Of a stretch of 64,000 nucleotides of DNA, positions 1 to 9,863 are shown in pieces. The DNA lies in NCBI GenBank assembly GCA_963741945.1, contig CAVUKA010000006.1, forward strand, positions 96,001 through 160,000, in the 5' to 3' direction. Every line of letters begins with the position of its first letter. Position 1 is the stretch's first letter. This stretch comes from an uncultured Gemmatimonadales bacterium (GTDB lineage Bacteria; Gemmatimonadota; Gemmatimonadetes; Longimicrobiales; RSA9). The notes below the pieces were generated by a model. That model did no database searches and was not told the origin of the DNA. It worked only from the letters and a program-made list of their open reading frames with translations. A program made the translations under genes and the position numbers.

Positions 1-1
1 C

Positions 2-1780
2 GCCACGCTCCGGCCGGCATTCGGACAGGAGTACCACGCCCCGGCGTGGCTCCCGGACGGCAGCGGAATCCTGGTCGTGCGCAGCGACATGACCGGGAAC
101 GGGCGGATGCGCCCCGGCCTCTTCCTGTGGCGGTGGGAGACCGGCGGAGTGCGGCGCCTCACCCGCGGCGCGGCGATCCGCCATGCCGACCCGGCACCCG
201 GCGGCACCTGGGCCGTGGCCCTCCGATGCCTCCACGGACAGTGCGACATCGTTCGCGTCGACCTGGAGTCGGGCGACGTGGCCACGCTGGCCGCGGGCGG
301 ACCCATGACCCCGTTCGACCATCCCCGCGTCTCGCCGGACGGCCGCACCATCGTGGCGAGCGAGCAGGACGGTGCCGGCTGGCACCTCGTCGCCCTGGAC
401 GCCGACGGCGGACGTCTCCGCCGCATCGGACCCGACGACGGGGCAAGCCGCTTCGACGCCGGGTTCCTCCCCGACGGCCGGCTGGTGCTCACATCGGACC
501 GGGGCGGGATCCACAACCTGGAAATCCTCGATCTCGCGACGGGCGAGGCGCATCCCCTGACACGCGTCCTGGGCGCGGCCGTGGCGCCCGCGCCCACGCC
601 CGACGGCGATGTCTTCTTCCTTGCCCTCCACAGCCGCGGCTGGGACATCCGCCGGATCGCCCTGGATTCCGCGCCGGCCGGCCCCGCCCTCGTCCTCCCT
701 CCGGCCTACGCGCCGGCGATCCCCGAGCCGCGCGAGCCAGGCGACACGTTCGCGCCGGGGCCCATCGGCCCCGTCCGCCCCTACGGCCTGGGCCCTCGAT
801 TCCACGCGCTCCTTCCCATGACGAGCCTGGCCGTCGATGGACTCGCCGGCGGCCTCGCCCTCGGCGGAACCGACCCCATCGGCCGGCTCTCGTGGCAGCT
901 CCAGGGGATGTACGGCTCCGACGACGCCTGGAAGGGCGCTTCCCTCCGGCTCTTCTGGCGAGGAACCCGCCCCTGGCTCCACCTCTCCGGCTTCTGGGCG
1001 GACCAGCTGCGGCGGGAGGACCCGCTCATCCCGCCGCTCCCCCTGGGCGCCGATTCCCTCTTCCCTCTCACCGACCCCGTCGGGATCCGGCTCCGGGGCG
1101 CGCTCGCCGCCCTCGAGCTCCAGGGCGAAGGGCTGGCGCACCACAGCGAGCTGCGTGTCGGCGGCTCGGCCGCCGCCGTGGATGCGGCCGGCCTCGACGG
1201 CGCCGGCCGGTACCTCGGCTTCGGCGAATACGGCCTGACGCTGCGGCAGCGCCCGTTCGGCTGGGGCTTCGATGAGACAGTCCTGCTGCACGGATCCATC
1301 GGGCGTACGGGATCCCTGGACTGGCGACGCTGGGTCGCCGGCGGTGAGCTCGCCCTTGCCGGCGACGACGCCCGCCTCGCCCTCGCCGGCACCCTCGGGC
1401 ACACCGACGCCCCCCTCGCTTCCCCGGAAGCGTTCCAGCTGGGGGGATCGCCCCCCCTCCTCTTCGACCCCGCGCTCCTCTCCCAGCGCCTGACCATGCC
1501 CGCGCTGCCCGTCGGCTTCCTGCGCGGCCGCGACGTGCGGATCGTGCGCGCGGAGCTCAGTGGCGCGCTCCCGTTCACCGCGTTCTACTGGGCCGGTGAT
1601 GCCGGCGACGATGGCCTCGGCTGGTACTACGTGGCGGGCGGCGATGTGGCGGGGAGGACACCGGCCATGCCGTTCCTCAGGCTCCCTTCGGCCGAGATCC
1701 GGGCCGGGGTGGCCCGGACGCTCTCCTCCCCGGAGCGGGGGGAGTGGCGCGGCTGGCTCGTGCTCGGATTCCGTCCCTGA
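2..1780 (+). CDS. TolB-like (PD40/WD40) beta-propeller protein with probable C-terminal outer-membrane domain; 5' truncated by window edge
   Basis: Frame is open from position 2. Repeated P-x-W/V-(S/L)PDG motifs (PAWLPDG, PRVSPDGR, FLPDGR, PTPDG); alternating-pattern C-terminus ending WLVLGFRP. Confidence 0.65.
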   Translation, partial: ATLRPAFGQEYHAPAWLPDGSGILVVRSDMTGNGRMRPGLFLWRWETGGVRRLTRGAAIRHADPAPGGTWAVALRCLHGQCDIVRVDLESGDVATLAAGGPMTPFDHPRVSPDGRTIVASEQDGAGWHLVALDADGGRLRRIGPDDGASRFDAGFLPDGRLVLTSDRGGIHNLEILDLATGEAHPLTRVLGAAVAPAPTPDGDVFFLALHSRGWDIRRIALDSAPAGPALVLPPAYAPAIPEPREPGDTFAPGPIGPVRPYGLGPRFHALLPMTSLAVDGLAGGLALGGTDPIGRLSWQLQGMYGSDDAWKGASLRLFWRGTRPWLHLSGFWADQLRREDPLIPPLPLGADSLFPLTDPVGIRLRGALAALELQGEGLAHHSELRVGGSAAAVDAAGLDGAGRYLGFGEYGLTLRQRPFGWGFDETVLLHGSIGRTGSLDWRRWVAGGELALAGDDARLALAGTLGHTDAPLASPEAFQLGGSPPLLFDPALLSQRLTMPALPVGFLRGRDVRIVRAELSGALPFTAFYWAGDAGDDGLGWYYVAGGDVAGRTPAMPFLRLPSAEIRAGVARTLSSPERGEWRGWLVLGFRP

Positions 1781-1821
1781 GGCGCCGGCCGGCGTGGCAC
1801 GGCCACCACATGGACGACGAA

Positions 1822-1854
1822 GGCGCGGCCCCGGATGCGCTCCGGGGCCGCGCC
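1822..1854. terminator. Perfect 14-bp stem-loop between convergent genes, probable terminator
   Basis: GGCGCGGCCCCGGA-tgcgc-TCCGGGGCCGCGCC; weak U tract (TTCGTCGT) on the minus strand. Confidence 0.6.
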
Positions 1855-1885
1855 AACCACCATCAGCGCTCCTGCTCTGTCACGC

Positions 1886-2965
1886 TCAGTTCGCCGCCAG
1901 CCAGTTGCTCGTGGCGGTGAGCAGGTCCTCCACCCAGTGCGGGTTGTGGACACCCAGGCTGCGGTCCTCCACCACCATGTTGTAGTTCAGGTACGCTTTC
2001 ACCAGGTCCGTGCTGTACGTGCCCGGGATCGGCTCATCCTCGGCGTCCAGGACCCCATGCGCCTGGAGCTGTCCGGCCACCGTCGCCAGCATCCCCGCGA
2101 TCTTCGGCTGCAGCCCGAACTCGCCCGTGGGCGTGCCCGAGTGACAGGCGTTGCACCGGCCATCGTTGATGACGTTGCCGTTGTCCAGCGCCACACGCCA
2201 CGTGTGGCCGCCCGCCTCCTGCCCCACCGCATCCTGCATGTGGCAGCCCACGCAGCCGAACTGCGTGTGGGCTTCGAACTGGATTGTCCCCGGCATCGTC
2301 ACGCCCGGCAGCGCGAAAGCACCCATCCCCGCCATCACGTTCGCCTGTGGTCCGTGATGCACGCCGAAATGCACGCTCGTGATCCGGAACGTCTCGCCCG
2401 AGAGATCGCCCGGGTCGCGCGCCTGATGGCAGTGCGCGCACAGGTTCGCGCCCGGATACGCCAGGCTGTCCAGCGCCGCGGCGGGATCGCCGAGATCGTT
2501 CATGGCGAACGTGCCGCCCAGGAGCAGGTCCACCGGCTCCGCCGTGGTGAACGACCAGTCCTGGTCCGTGTACGTCTCGTGGATGTTGTGGCACGTCCGG
2601 CAGTTGATCCGCGTCAGCAGATGGATCTCGTCGCCCGCCAGTGTGTCGGGGGTCGCCGCGTTCGCGGCCACGAACCCGTTGTGCGTGTGGCACGTGTTGC
2701 ACGGGGCGTCATACCGCTGCCACGTGTCACCCTCGCCATGCGCCGACGTGTTGTACTGCGCTTCCCGCGCCACGATGGTCACGTCCGACGTGTGACAGTC
2801 CGAGCACGTGTTCAGCGCGTTCTGCCCCGCCGGGCCGACCGGTCCCTCTGGACCCTGCGGTCCCTGTGGCCCGGCCGGACCCGCCGGGCCGTCCGGGCCC
2901 TCGCACGCCGCAGCCCCGAGGACGAGGAGCACCGATCCGAGAAGAAGGGGAAGTCTCTGCCGCAT
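1886..2965 (-). CDS. Hexaheme c-type cytochrome lipoprotein with collagen-like linker (paralog 1)
   Basis: Six CxxCH motifs (CSDCH, CNTCH, CRTCH, CAHCH, CVGCH, CNACH); signal peptide with lipobox AAAC; Gly-Pro-X repeats; C-terminal EDRSLGVHNP. Start set at ATG 2965 (alternative 2974) after AAAGGA. Confidence 0.88.
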   Translation of the reverse strand: MRQRLPLLLGSVLLVLGAAACEGPDGPAGPAGPQGPQGPEGPVGPAGQNALNTCSDCHTSDVTIVAREAQYNTSAHGEGDTWQRYDAPCNTCHTHNGFVAANAATPDTLAGDEIHLLTRINCRTCHNIHETYTDQDWSFTTAEPVDLLLGGTFAMNDLGDPAAALDSLAYPGANLCAHCHQARDPGDLSGETFRITSVHFGVHHGPQANVMAGMGAFALPGVTMPGTIQFEAHTQFGCVGCHMQDAVGQEAGGHTWRVALDNGNVINDGRCNACHSGTPTGEFGLQPKIAGMLATVAGQLQAHGVLDAEDEPIPGTYSTDLVKAYLNYNMVVEDRSLGVHNPHWVEDLLTATSNWLAAN

Positions 2966-3072
2966 GGGTTCCATGTCCTTTCGCTGGTGGGTTGGCGCCG
3001 GGTCCGATCGCCCGCTTCGTGCACGCAGAGGCCGGGCCGCCACACCACACAGACTTTTCCCGGAAGCGACGA

Positions 3073-3100
3073 AGCGCCGCACCCCGAGGGGTGCGGCGCT
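3073..3100 (-). terminator. 12-bp stem-loop between the two cytochrome genes (terminator or mRNA-stabilising hairpin)
   Basis: AGCGCCGCACCC-cgag-GGGTGCGGCGCT. Confidence 0.5.
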
Positions 3101-3129
3101 CCGCTCCGACGTTCAGGTCCTGAGACCCG

Positions 3130-4203
3130 TCAGTTCGCGTTCAGCCAGTTCAGCGTGGCCGTCAGCACGTCCTCGGCCCAGTGCGGGTTGTGAACACCCA
3201 GGCTCCGGTCCTCGAGAATCATGTCGTAGTTCAGGAACGCCTTCACCAGCGCCGTGGGATACGTCCCCGGCACAGGCGAACCGTTCGCGACGATCCCCTT
3301 CGCCACGAGCTTCGCCTCGACCGCGTCCAGCTTCGTCTGGATCTTCGGCATGAACCCGAACTCGCCCGTGGGCGTGCCCGAGTGACAGCCGTTGCAACGG
3401 CCATCGTTCATGACGTCGCCGTTGTCCAGCGCGACACGCCACGTGTGGCCGCCCGCTTCCTGCCCCACCGCGTCCTGCATGTGGCAGCCAACGCACCCGA
3501 ACGCCGTGTGGCCGTCGAAGTCCGTCTGGGCCGGCATCGGCGCGCCCGGCAGGTCGTACGCACCCTTACCCGCGAGCACGTTCGCCTGTGGCCCGTGATG
3601 CATCCCGAAATGCGTGCTCGTAACCCGGAACGTCTCGCCCGAGAGATCGCCCGGATCACGCGCCTGGTGACAGTGCGCGCACAGGTTCGCGCCGGCGAAG
3701 TTCTCCACCGCCGGGTTCGGCTGCGAGTTCAGCGCCGTGATGTCGAACGTGCCGCCCACCAGCAGGTTCACCGGCTCCGTCGTGGTCAGCGCCCAGTCCG
3801 CATCCGTGTACGTCTCGTGCACGTTGTGGCAGGTCCGGCAGTTGATCCGCGTCAGCAGATGGATCTCGTCGCCCTGCAGCGTGTCCGGGCTCGCCGCGTT
3901 CGCGGCCACGAACCCGTTGTGCGTATGGCACGTGTTGCACGGGGCGTCATACCGCTCCCACGTGTCACCCTCGCCATGCGCCGACGTGTTGTACTGCGCT
4001 TCCCGCGCCACGATCGTCACGTCCGACGTGTGACAGTCCGAGCACGTGTTCAGCGCGTCCTGCCCCGCCGGTCCGGTCGGTCCCTGCGGCCCCGCCGGCC
4101 CCTGAGTTCCCGCCGACCCCGCAGGTCCGGCAGGCCCCTCACAAGCCGCCATGCCCAGAGCCATGAACATGGCTCCAAGCAGGAGAGGTAGCTTTTTCCT
4201 CAT
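3130..4203 (-). CDS. Hexaheme c-type cytochrome lipoprotein with collagen-like linker (paralog 2)
   Basis: Six CxxCH motifs (CSDCH, CNTCH, CRTCH, CAHCH, CVGCH, CNGCH); lipobox MAAC; Gly-X-Y repeats; GGGAGG SD upstream. Confidence 0.9.
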   Translation of the reverse strand: MRKKLPLLLGAMFMALGMAACEGPAGPAGSAGTQGPAGPQGPTGPAGQDALNTCSDCHTSDVTIVAREAQYNTSAHGEGDTWERYDAPCNTCHTHNGFVAANAASPDTLQGDEIHLLTRINCRTCHNVHETYTDADWALTTTEPVNLLVGGTFDITALNSQPNPAVENFAGANLCAHCHQARDPGDLSGETFRVTSTHFGMHHGPQANVLAGKGAYDLPGAPMPAQTDFDGHTAFGCVGCHMQDAVGQEAGGHTWRVALDNGDVMNDGRCNGCHSGTPTGEFGFMPKIQTKLDAVEAKLVAKGIVANGSPVPGTYPTALVKAFLNYDMILEDRSLGVHNPHWAEDVLTATLNWLNAN

Positions 4204-4564
4204 GGATCTCGCCTCCCATATCGGGTAGTCGAAGAAATGATGCTGAGTCCTTCACCTTCCCTGCCCCCCTGCCGTGGCCCGCTCCGCATCCATTCCTTCG
4301 CTTCCCGAAGGGTAGGAGGCACGGACCCCCTCCGTCGCTAAGCGGCGGCGTGCACACACCCCAGGGCTCAGGGACGCTGTACAAGATCGACCTCCGTATC
4401 CCACCACGCTATCCGGAAACCCGTGGAAACTGCCTTAGTAGCTTTCCCTACACCCACGCAGCCATCCACCGTGGGGCGTTCCCCCATCCCCGCCCGCGGC
4501 GACGGCACGGCACGACCGCTCCGGATAGCGGAACAGACGGACGCTCGCCCGCGCCGGAGTCGCC

Positions 4565-5269
4565 TCAGAAGGGGGTCCAGGCCAGGCCCGCCAGCACCAT
4601 GACATCGTGCTGCTGCTTGCCCCAGTAGTGGCTGATGGCGTCGCGAACGAGCAGGTCGGCGCTCACGCCCAGGAACCGGAACGTGGCGCCGGCGCCCAGG
4701 TTGGCCATGAGCACGGTGCCCTTCTGGGGGAGTACGATCTGCGCCTCGTACGGGGCGATCTCGCCGTTGTCGAACGCGTAGCGCTTGCCGCCCACGCCGG
4801 CAGTGACGTAGGGCTGGATGCCGAAGGGGAGGCGGAACGCGGTGGGGAGGCCCACATCGAAGCTGCCCATGGTGAGGGTGGTGGGCACGCGGTAATTGAA
4901 CCGGTCGACGCGGGCGGGCCCGGCCAGGCTCGCGGGGACGAGGACGGCATAGGTGACGGAGGTCTCGGCGCCGAGTGTGGTCAGCACCTCGCCGCGCAGC
5001 CAGAGGCCGCTGCCCCGGGGCTCGACCTCGGCCGTGAGGCCGACGAGGGGAGCGCGCAGGATCGCCGCCTCGGTCCATTCGAGGGGATCGACGCCGAAGT
5101 GTCGGAACTCCTCGTAGAACCAGTCGGCGGGGGTCAGGACGCCGGCGCGAGGGGTCAGGCGAACATCGAGGGGGTGCTGCGCCGCCGCGCTGCCGGGCAT
5201 GAGCAGGGCGAGCGCGGTCAGCACCGCCAGGACCGGGGCTGGACCGGATCGCGAGGGTTCGTGGGCCAC
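4565..5269 (-). CDS. Probable small outer-membrane beta-barrel protein
   Basis: Signal peptide ending AAAQ, amphipathic beta-strands (IQPYVTAGVGG, ANLGAGATFRF), C-terminal Phe; GTG start after GAGGA. Confidence 0.55.
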   Translation of the reverse strand: MAHEPSRSGPAPVLAVLTALALLMPGSAAAQHPLDVRLTPRAGVLTPADWFYEEFRHFGVDPLEWTEAAILRAPLVGLTAEVEPRGSGLWLRGEVLTTLGAETSVTYAVLVPASLAGPARVDRFNYRVPTTLTMGSFDVGLPTAFRLPFGIQPYVTAGVGGKRYAFDNGEIAPYEAQIVLPQKGTVLMANLGAGATFRFLGVSADLLVRDAISHYWGKQQHDVMVLAGLAWTPF

Positions 5270-5555
5270 GCTGCGTCCTCCGATTGTGGAGCGATCAGGG
5301 CCGGGCGCCTGGCGACGGGCCCGGACCGACGCACAACAATGTCCGAGCGCGGCTCCCACTACAAGTCGTGCGAGCGAGAGCGCGGGTGTTTCCCTACGCG
5401 CTGGCCGGGTTCTCCCCATGGTCTGGGCGGCCCTCTTCCGGGTTCTGCCCTATCCACTGCGGGCGGGAGTGGTGATAGTATCCGGAGTCGCGACGCCCCG
5501 CCGCGCTCGGCGGGGGCCGCTCTGGGGCGAGCGGGACGGAGAACCGGGAGGACGG

Positions 5556-5978
5556 ATGATCGAGGCGAGGGGCGTGAACCACATCGGCATCGCGGTGCGT
5601 TCGCTGGACGACCAGCGGCCGTATTACGAGACGGTGCTGGGCGCGACGTACGAGGGGACGGAAGAGGTCGCGAGCCAGCAGGTGCGGGTGGCGTTCTATC
5701 GTCTGGGCCCGGCGGAGTCGCCGGTGCGGATCGAGCTGCTGGAGCCGGTGTCGCCGGAGTCCCCCGTCGCCCGCTTCCTGGAGAAGCGGGGGGAGGGTGT
5801 GCATCACGTGGCGTACACGGTGGACGGTCTGGAGTCCCGTCTCTCGGCACTGGCGGACGCGGGCGTCCGTCTCATCGATGAGGCGCCGCGCCCGGGGGCG
5901 CACGGCAACCGGATCGCGTTCCTCCATCCGAAGAGCACGGGCGGCGTCCTGACCGAGCTCTGCGAGCCCGAGTCCTGA
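5556..5978 (+). CDS. mce: Methylmalonyl-CoA epimerase
   Basis: NHIGIAV, IELLEP, EGVHHVAY, GAHG..IAFLHPKSTGGVLTELC motifs; GGAGG SD. Confidence 0.93.
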   Translation: MIEARGVNHIGIAVRSLDDQRPYYETVLGATYEGTEEVASQQVRVAFYRLGPAESPVRIELLEPVSPESPVARFLEKRGEGVHHVAYTVDGLESRLSALADAGVRLIDEAPRPGAHGNRIAFLHPKSTGGVLTELCEPES

Positions 5979-6040
5979 CTCCCGCACCGCGAGCTCAGCG
6001 CCAAGGCACCGGCCCGGATCCCAGGAGAGCATAGCCAGCG

Positions 6041-7567
6041 ATGTCGCCAAGCCTGCCGTACCCCGTCCTCACTGCCGAGGATGCCGCCGAGCTGATCGGG
6101 CACGGCATGACCGTCGGCTTTTCCGGATTCACCGCGGCCGGTGCGGCGAAGGCCGTGCCCACGGCCATTGCCGCGCAGGCGCGGCAGCTGCACGCGGTGG
6201 GAGAGCCGTTCCGCCTGCGCATCCTCACCGGCGCGTCGACGGGTCCGGCGTTCGATGATGCGCTGGCCGAAGCCGACGCCGTGGCCTGGCGTGCGCCGTA
6301 CCAGTCGTCGCGCCCGCTGCGGCAACGCATCAACGCGCAGGAGACGCAGTTCGTGGACATGCACCTGTCGCATGTGCCCCAGATGGTGGAGTTCGGATTC
6401 TTCGGCAAGCTGGACGTGGCGGTGGTGGAAGCGACGGAGGTGACGCGGGACGGCCGCGTTTACCTGACCACGTCGGTGGGCGCGTCGCCCACGCTCCTGA
6501 AGCACGCCGAGCGGGTGATCATCGAAATCAACCGCCACGCTTCACCACGGCTGGGGGAGATGCACGACATCGCGGTGCTCCCACCGCCGCCGCATCGGAA
6601 CCCGATCCCGATCTTCCACCCCATGTCGCGCATGGGCGTGCCGTACGCGTCCGTCGACCCGCGGCGGATCGTGGGCGTGGTGGAGACCGACGCGCCCGAC
6701 GGTGTCGCCCCGTTCGACGAGGCGGACGAGACCAGCCGGCGAATCGCCGACCACGTGGTCTCCTTCCTCCTGGGCGAGCTGCGCGCCGGCCGCATCCCCG
6801 ACGACTTCCTCCCGGTCCAGGCCGGGGTGGGCAACATATCCAACGCCGTCATGGCCAACCTGGGGCTGAGCGCCGTTCCGCCGTTCTACATGTACACGGA
6901 AGTGATCCAGGATGCGCTCATCGACCTGATGACGGAGGGGCGCCTCCTGGGCGCGTCCACGTGCGCGCTGACGCTCTCCGACGACACCATGCAGCGCGTC
7001 TACGACGCCATGGACTTCTTCACGCCGCGGGTGGTGCTGCGGCCGCAGGAGCTGTCGAACAACCCGGGGATCATCCGGCGCCTTGGAGTCATTGCCATCA
7101 ACACGGCCATCGAGGCCGATGTCTACGGCAACGTCAACTCCACGCACGTCCTGGGCACGCAGCTGATGAACGGGATCGGCGGCTCCGGCGACTTCGTACG
7201 CAACGCATATCTCTCGGTGATGATGTGCCCGAGCACGGCCAAGCGCGGCACGATCTCCACCATCGTGCCCATGGTGACGCACGTGGACCACAACGAGCAC
7301 TCGCTCCAGGTGCTCGTCACCGAGCAGGGGCTGGCCGACCTGCGCGGCAAGGGGCCGCTGGAGCGCGCCACGATCATCATCGATCAGTGCGCCCACCCGG
7401 CCTACCGCGACTACCTCCACCACTACGTGGACGAAGCCCCCATGGGCCATATCCGACACGACCTCTCCCGCTGCTTCGAGCTGCACCGGAACCTGATCGA
7501 GCGCGGACGGATGCTCCCCGACCTCGCGGTCGAGGACGCCAGCGAACACCCCAACTCACGGTCCTGA
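6041..7567 (+). CDS. Succinate CoA-transferase / acetyl-CoA hydrolase family (ScpC/AarC-like propionyl-CoA:succinate CoA transferase)
   Basis: GFSGFT, TGASTG, FVDMHLSH, GVGNISNAV, LRPQELSNNP, NGIGGSGDF motifs; operon context. Confidence 0.88.
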   Translation: MSPSLPYPVLTAEDAAELIGHGMTVGFSGFTAAGAAKAVPTAIAAQARQLHAVGEPFRLRILTGASTGPAFDDALAEADAVAWRAPYQSSRPLRQRINAQETQFVDMHLSHVPQMVEFGFFGKLDVAVVEATEVTRDGRVYLTTSVGASPTLLKHAERVIIEINRHASPRLGEMHDIAVLPPPPHRNPIPIFHPMSRMGVPYASVDPRRIVGVVETDAPDGVAPFDEADETSRRIADHVVSFLLGELRAGRIPDDFLPVQAGVGNISNAVMANLGLSAVPPFYMYTEVIQDALIDLMTEGRLLGASTCALTLSDDTMQRVYDAMDFFTPRVVLRPQELSNNPGIIRRLGVIAINTAIEADVYGNVNSTHVLGTQLMNGIGGSGDFVRNAYLSVMMCPSTAKRGTISTIVPMVTHVDHNEHSLQVLVTEQGLADLRGKGPLERATIIIDQCAHPAYRDYLHHYVDEAPMGHIRHDLSRCFELHRNLIERGRMLPDLAVEDASEHPNSRS

Positions 7568-7568
7568 G

Positions 7569-7856
7569 ATGATCGTCAAAGCGATCCTGCTGCGGCGAGT
7601 GCCGCTCGACAAGGCGGGCGAGCTCAAGCCGCTGCTCATGGAAATGCGCGCCCTGGCCCTGGCCCAGCCCGGCTACATCTCGGGCGAGACGCTCATGAAC
7701 GCCGATGACCCGGAGGAATACCTGGTCATCAGCACCTGGGCGGACATCGACCACTGGAAGGTCTGGCTACGGAACCCGGAGCGCATCATGGTCCAGCGGC
7801 AGATCGACAGCCTGCTCGGCCGCGAGACGCTCTACCAGGTCTACTACAACGCTTGA
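7569..7856 (+). CDS. Antibiotic biosynthesis monooxygenase (ABM) family protein
   Basis: 95 aa with [10 protein letters not shown]...EYLVISTW pattern. Confidence 0.75.
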   Translation: MIVKAILLRRVPLDKAGELKPLLMEMRALALAQPGYISGETLMNADDPEEYLVISTWADIDHWKVWLRNPERIMVQRQIDSLLGRETLYQVYYNA

Positions 7857-9424
7857 GCGGAGACGCGGCCTTGGACAGCATGCAACGGCGGATCGACGAC
7901 CTCCTCGAGCGGCGGCGCCAGGCGCTGCTGGGTGCCGGCGAGGAGCGGATCGCCCGGCACCACGAGCGCGGCCGCTTCACGGCACGCGAGCGCCTCGACC
8001 TGCTCCTCGACGAAGGCTCGTTCGAGGAGTTCGACATGCTGAAGGAGCACCGCTGCACGAACTTCGGCATGGAGACGAAACGCGTCCCGGGAGACGGCGT
8101 GGTGACCGGCTACGGGACCATCGACGGACGGCTCGTCTATGTCTACGCCTTCGATGCCACGGTCTTCGGCGGATCGCTGTCGGAGACCGTGGCCGAGAAG
8201 ATCTGCAAGGTGATGGACCTGGCGGCCCGGAACGGGGCGCCGATCATCGGCCTGAACGACTCCGGCGGCGCGCGCATTCAGGAAGGGATCGAGAGCCTGG
8301 CCGGCTACACGGAGATCTTCCTCCGCAACGTCATGCTGTCGGGCGTGGTGCCGCAGATTTCGGGGATTTTCGGCGCCTGTGCGGGCGGCGCCGTCTACTC
8401 CCCGGCGCTCACCGACTTCACCATCATGGTGGAAGGCGGCTCCTACATGTTCCTGACGGGGCCCAAAGTGGTGAGGGCCGTGACGCACGAGGATGTGGAC
8501 GAGGAGACGCTGGGCGGTGCCGCGATCCACACCGGCCGCAGCGGCGTCGCCCAGCTTTCCTCGCCTTCCGAGCCGGAAGCGCTCGCACTGCTCCGGCGGC
8601 TGCTCTCCTTCATGCCATCCAACAATCTGGGCTCGGCACCCCGGCGGGATTCGCCGGATCCGCCCGACCGCGAAGTGCCGGAGATGGATTCGGTCCTCCC
8701 CGAGAATTCCGACCAGCCGTACGACATCCGGGACGTGATCGTCGGGACCGTGGATGAGGGAGACTTCCTCGAGATCCAGCCGCAGTTCGGGGCCAGCCTG
8801 GTGGTGGGCTTCGCCCGCTACGGCGGCATGCCCGTGGGCGTCGTCGCCAACCAGCCCGCCCACCTCGCCGGCGTGCTGGACAACGATGCCTCCGTGAAAG
8901 GCGCCCGGTTCGTCCGCTTCTGCGACTGCTTCAACCTGCCCGTGGTCACGTTCGTCGACGTGCCGGGCTTCATGCCGGGCACCGTGCAGGAGTACGGCGG
9001 CATCATCCGCAACGGCGCCAAGCTGCTGTACGCGTTCGCGGAGGCCACCATCCCGAAAGTGACGGTGACCACGCGCAAGGCGTACGGCGGGGCGTACTGC
9101 GTCATGAGCTCCAAGCACCTGCGCGGCGACATCAACTACGCCTGGCCCACGGCGGAGATCGCCGTCATGGGCGCCCGCGGCGCCGTGGGCATCCTGTATG
9201 CCAGGGAGATCCAGGCGAGCGAGGATCCCGACGCCGCGGCCGCGGAGAAGGCGGCCGAGTACGGCGAGCGATTCGAAAACCCGTACGAGGCCGCGAGGCG
9301 AGGCTATGTGGACGCCGTCATACGCCCCGCCCAGACCCGGGTGCGGATCTGCAAGGCGCTGCGGATGCTGGAGAACAAGCAGGTGAGCAACCTGCCCAAG
9401 AAGCACGGCAACATTCCGCTTTGA
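7853..9424 (+). CDS. mmdA: Acyl-CoA carboxyltransferase, methylmalonyl-CoA decarboxylase alpha subunit (start may be 7871 or 7880)
   Basis: [56 protein letters not shown] motifs; followed by OadG-, biotin-carrier and OadB-type genes. Confidence 0.88.
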   Translation: MSGDAALDSMQRRIDDLLERRRQALLGAGEERIARHHERGRFTARERLDLLLDEGSFEEFDMLKEHRCTNFGMETKRVPGDGVVTGYGTIDGRLVYVYAFDATVFGGSLSETVAEKICKVMDLAARNGAPIIGLNDSGGARIQEGIESLAGYTEIFLRNVMLSGVVPQISGIFGACAGGAVYSPALTDFTIMVEGGSYMFLTGPKVVRAVTHEDVDEETLGGAAIHTGRSGVAQLSSPSEPEALALLRRLLSFMPSNNLGSAPRRDSPDPPDREVPEMDSVLPENSDQPYDIRDVIVGTVDEGDFLEIQPQFGASLVVGFARYGGMPVGVVANQPAHLAGVLDNDASVKGARFVRFCDCFNLPVVTFVDVPGFMPGTVQEYGGIIRNGAKLLYAFAEATIPKVTVTTRKAYGGAYCVMSSKHLRGDINYAWPTAEIAVMGARGAVGILYAREIQASEDPDAAAAEKAAEYGERFENPYEAARRGYVDAVIRPAQTRVRICKALRMLENKQVSNLPKKHGNIPL

Positions 9425-9436
9425 GGTAGGAGCGCC

Positions 9437-9859
9437 ATGGGTTTCCACAACGTCGTGGCAGCGAACGGCTTCTCGGTGGCCCTGACCGGGATGGCGATCG
9501 TTTTCGCCGGGCTGATCCTGGTCAGCCTCTTCATTGCCGCGATCCCTCGCGTGCTGGGGCGCGGCGAGAGCCGCGTCCGGGACATGGCCCGGCGGGGCGC
9601 CGCCTGGAGGGCCGAGCACGCGGCCCGGGCGGCGGGAGCCGTCTCCCGCGGCCCCACCTCCGCCGGCGGGACGATCGATGGCTCCGCGACCGCCGACAAG
9701 CTCCCGGGCGAGTTGCGGGCGGCCATCGCCTACGTACTGGTGGCCGAGCGGGAGCGGGAGCTCGCGCTCGACCGGCAGCACATCACTCTACGAGAGGGCG
9801 AGGAGCAGCGCGTCTGGACCGCCATCGGCAAGATGCGCACGCTCGCCACACGGCTTTGA
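9437..9859 (+). CDS. OadG/MmdD-family membrane anchor subunit of Na+-translocating decarboxylase
   Basis: N-terminal TM GMAIVFAGLILVSLFI, ELRAAIAYVL, C-terminal W..IG. Confidence 0.8.
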   Translation: MGFHNVVAANGFSVALTGMAIVFAGLILVSLFIAAIPRVLGRGESRVRDMARRGAAWRAEHAARAAGAVSRGPTSAGGTIDGSATADKLPGELRAAIAYVLVAERERELALDRQHITLREGEEQRVWTAIGKMRTLATRL

Positions 9860-9863
9860 ATCC

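Noticed and set aside
1886-4203. Calling the hexaheme cytochromes NrfA or OmcS
   Set aside because: No CxxCK catalytic motif, and heme count alone does not establish OmcS homology
4204-4564. Long leader upstream of the cytochrome pair as a possible c-di-GMP/GEMM riboswitch
   Set aside because: No GGCAAA...GAAA...GACGCAAAGC signature or other recognisable riboswitch core on the minus strand
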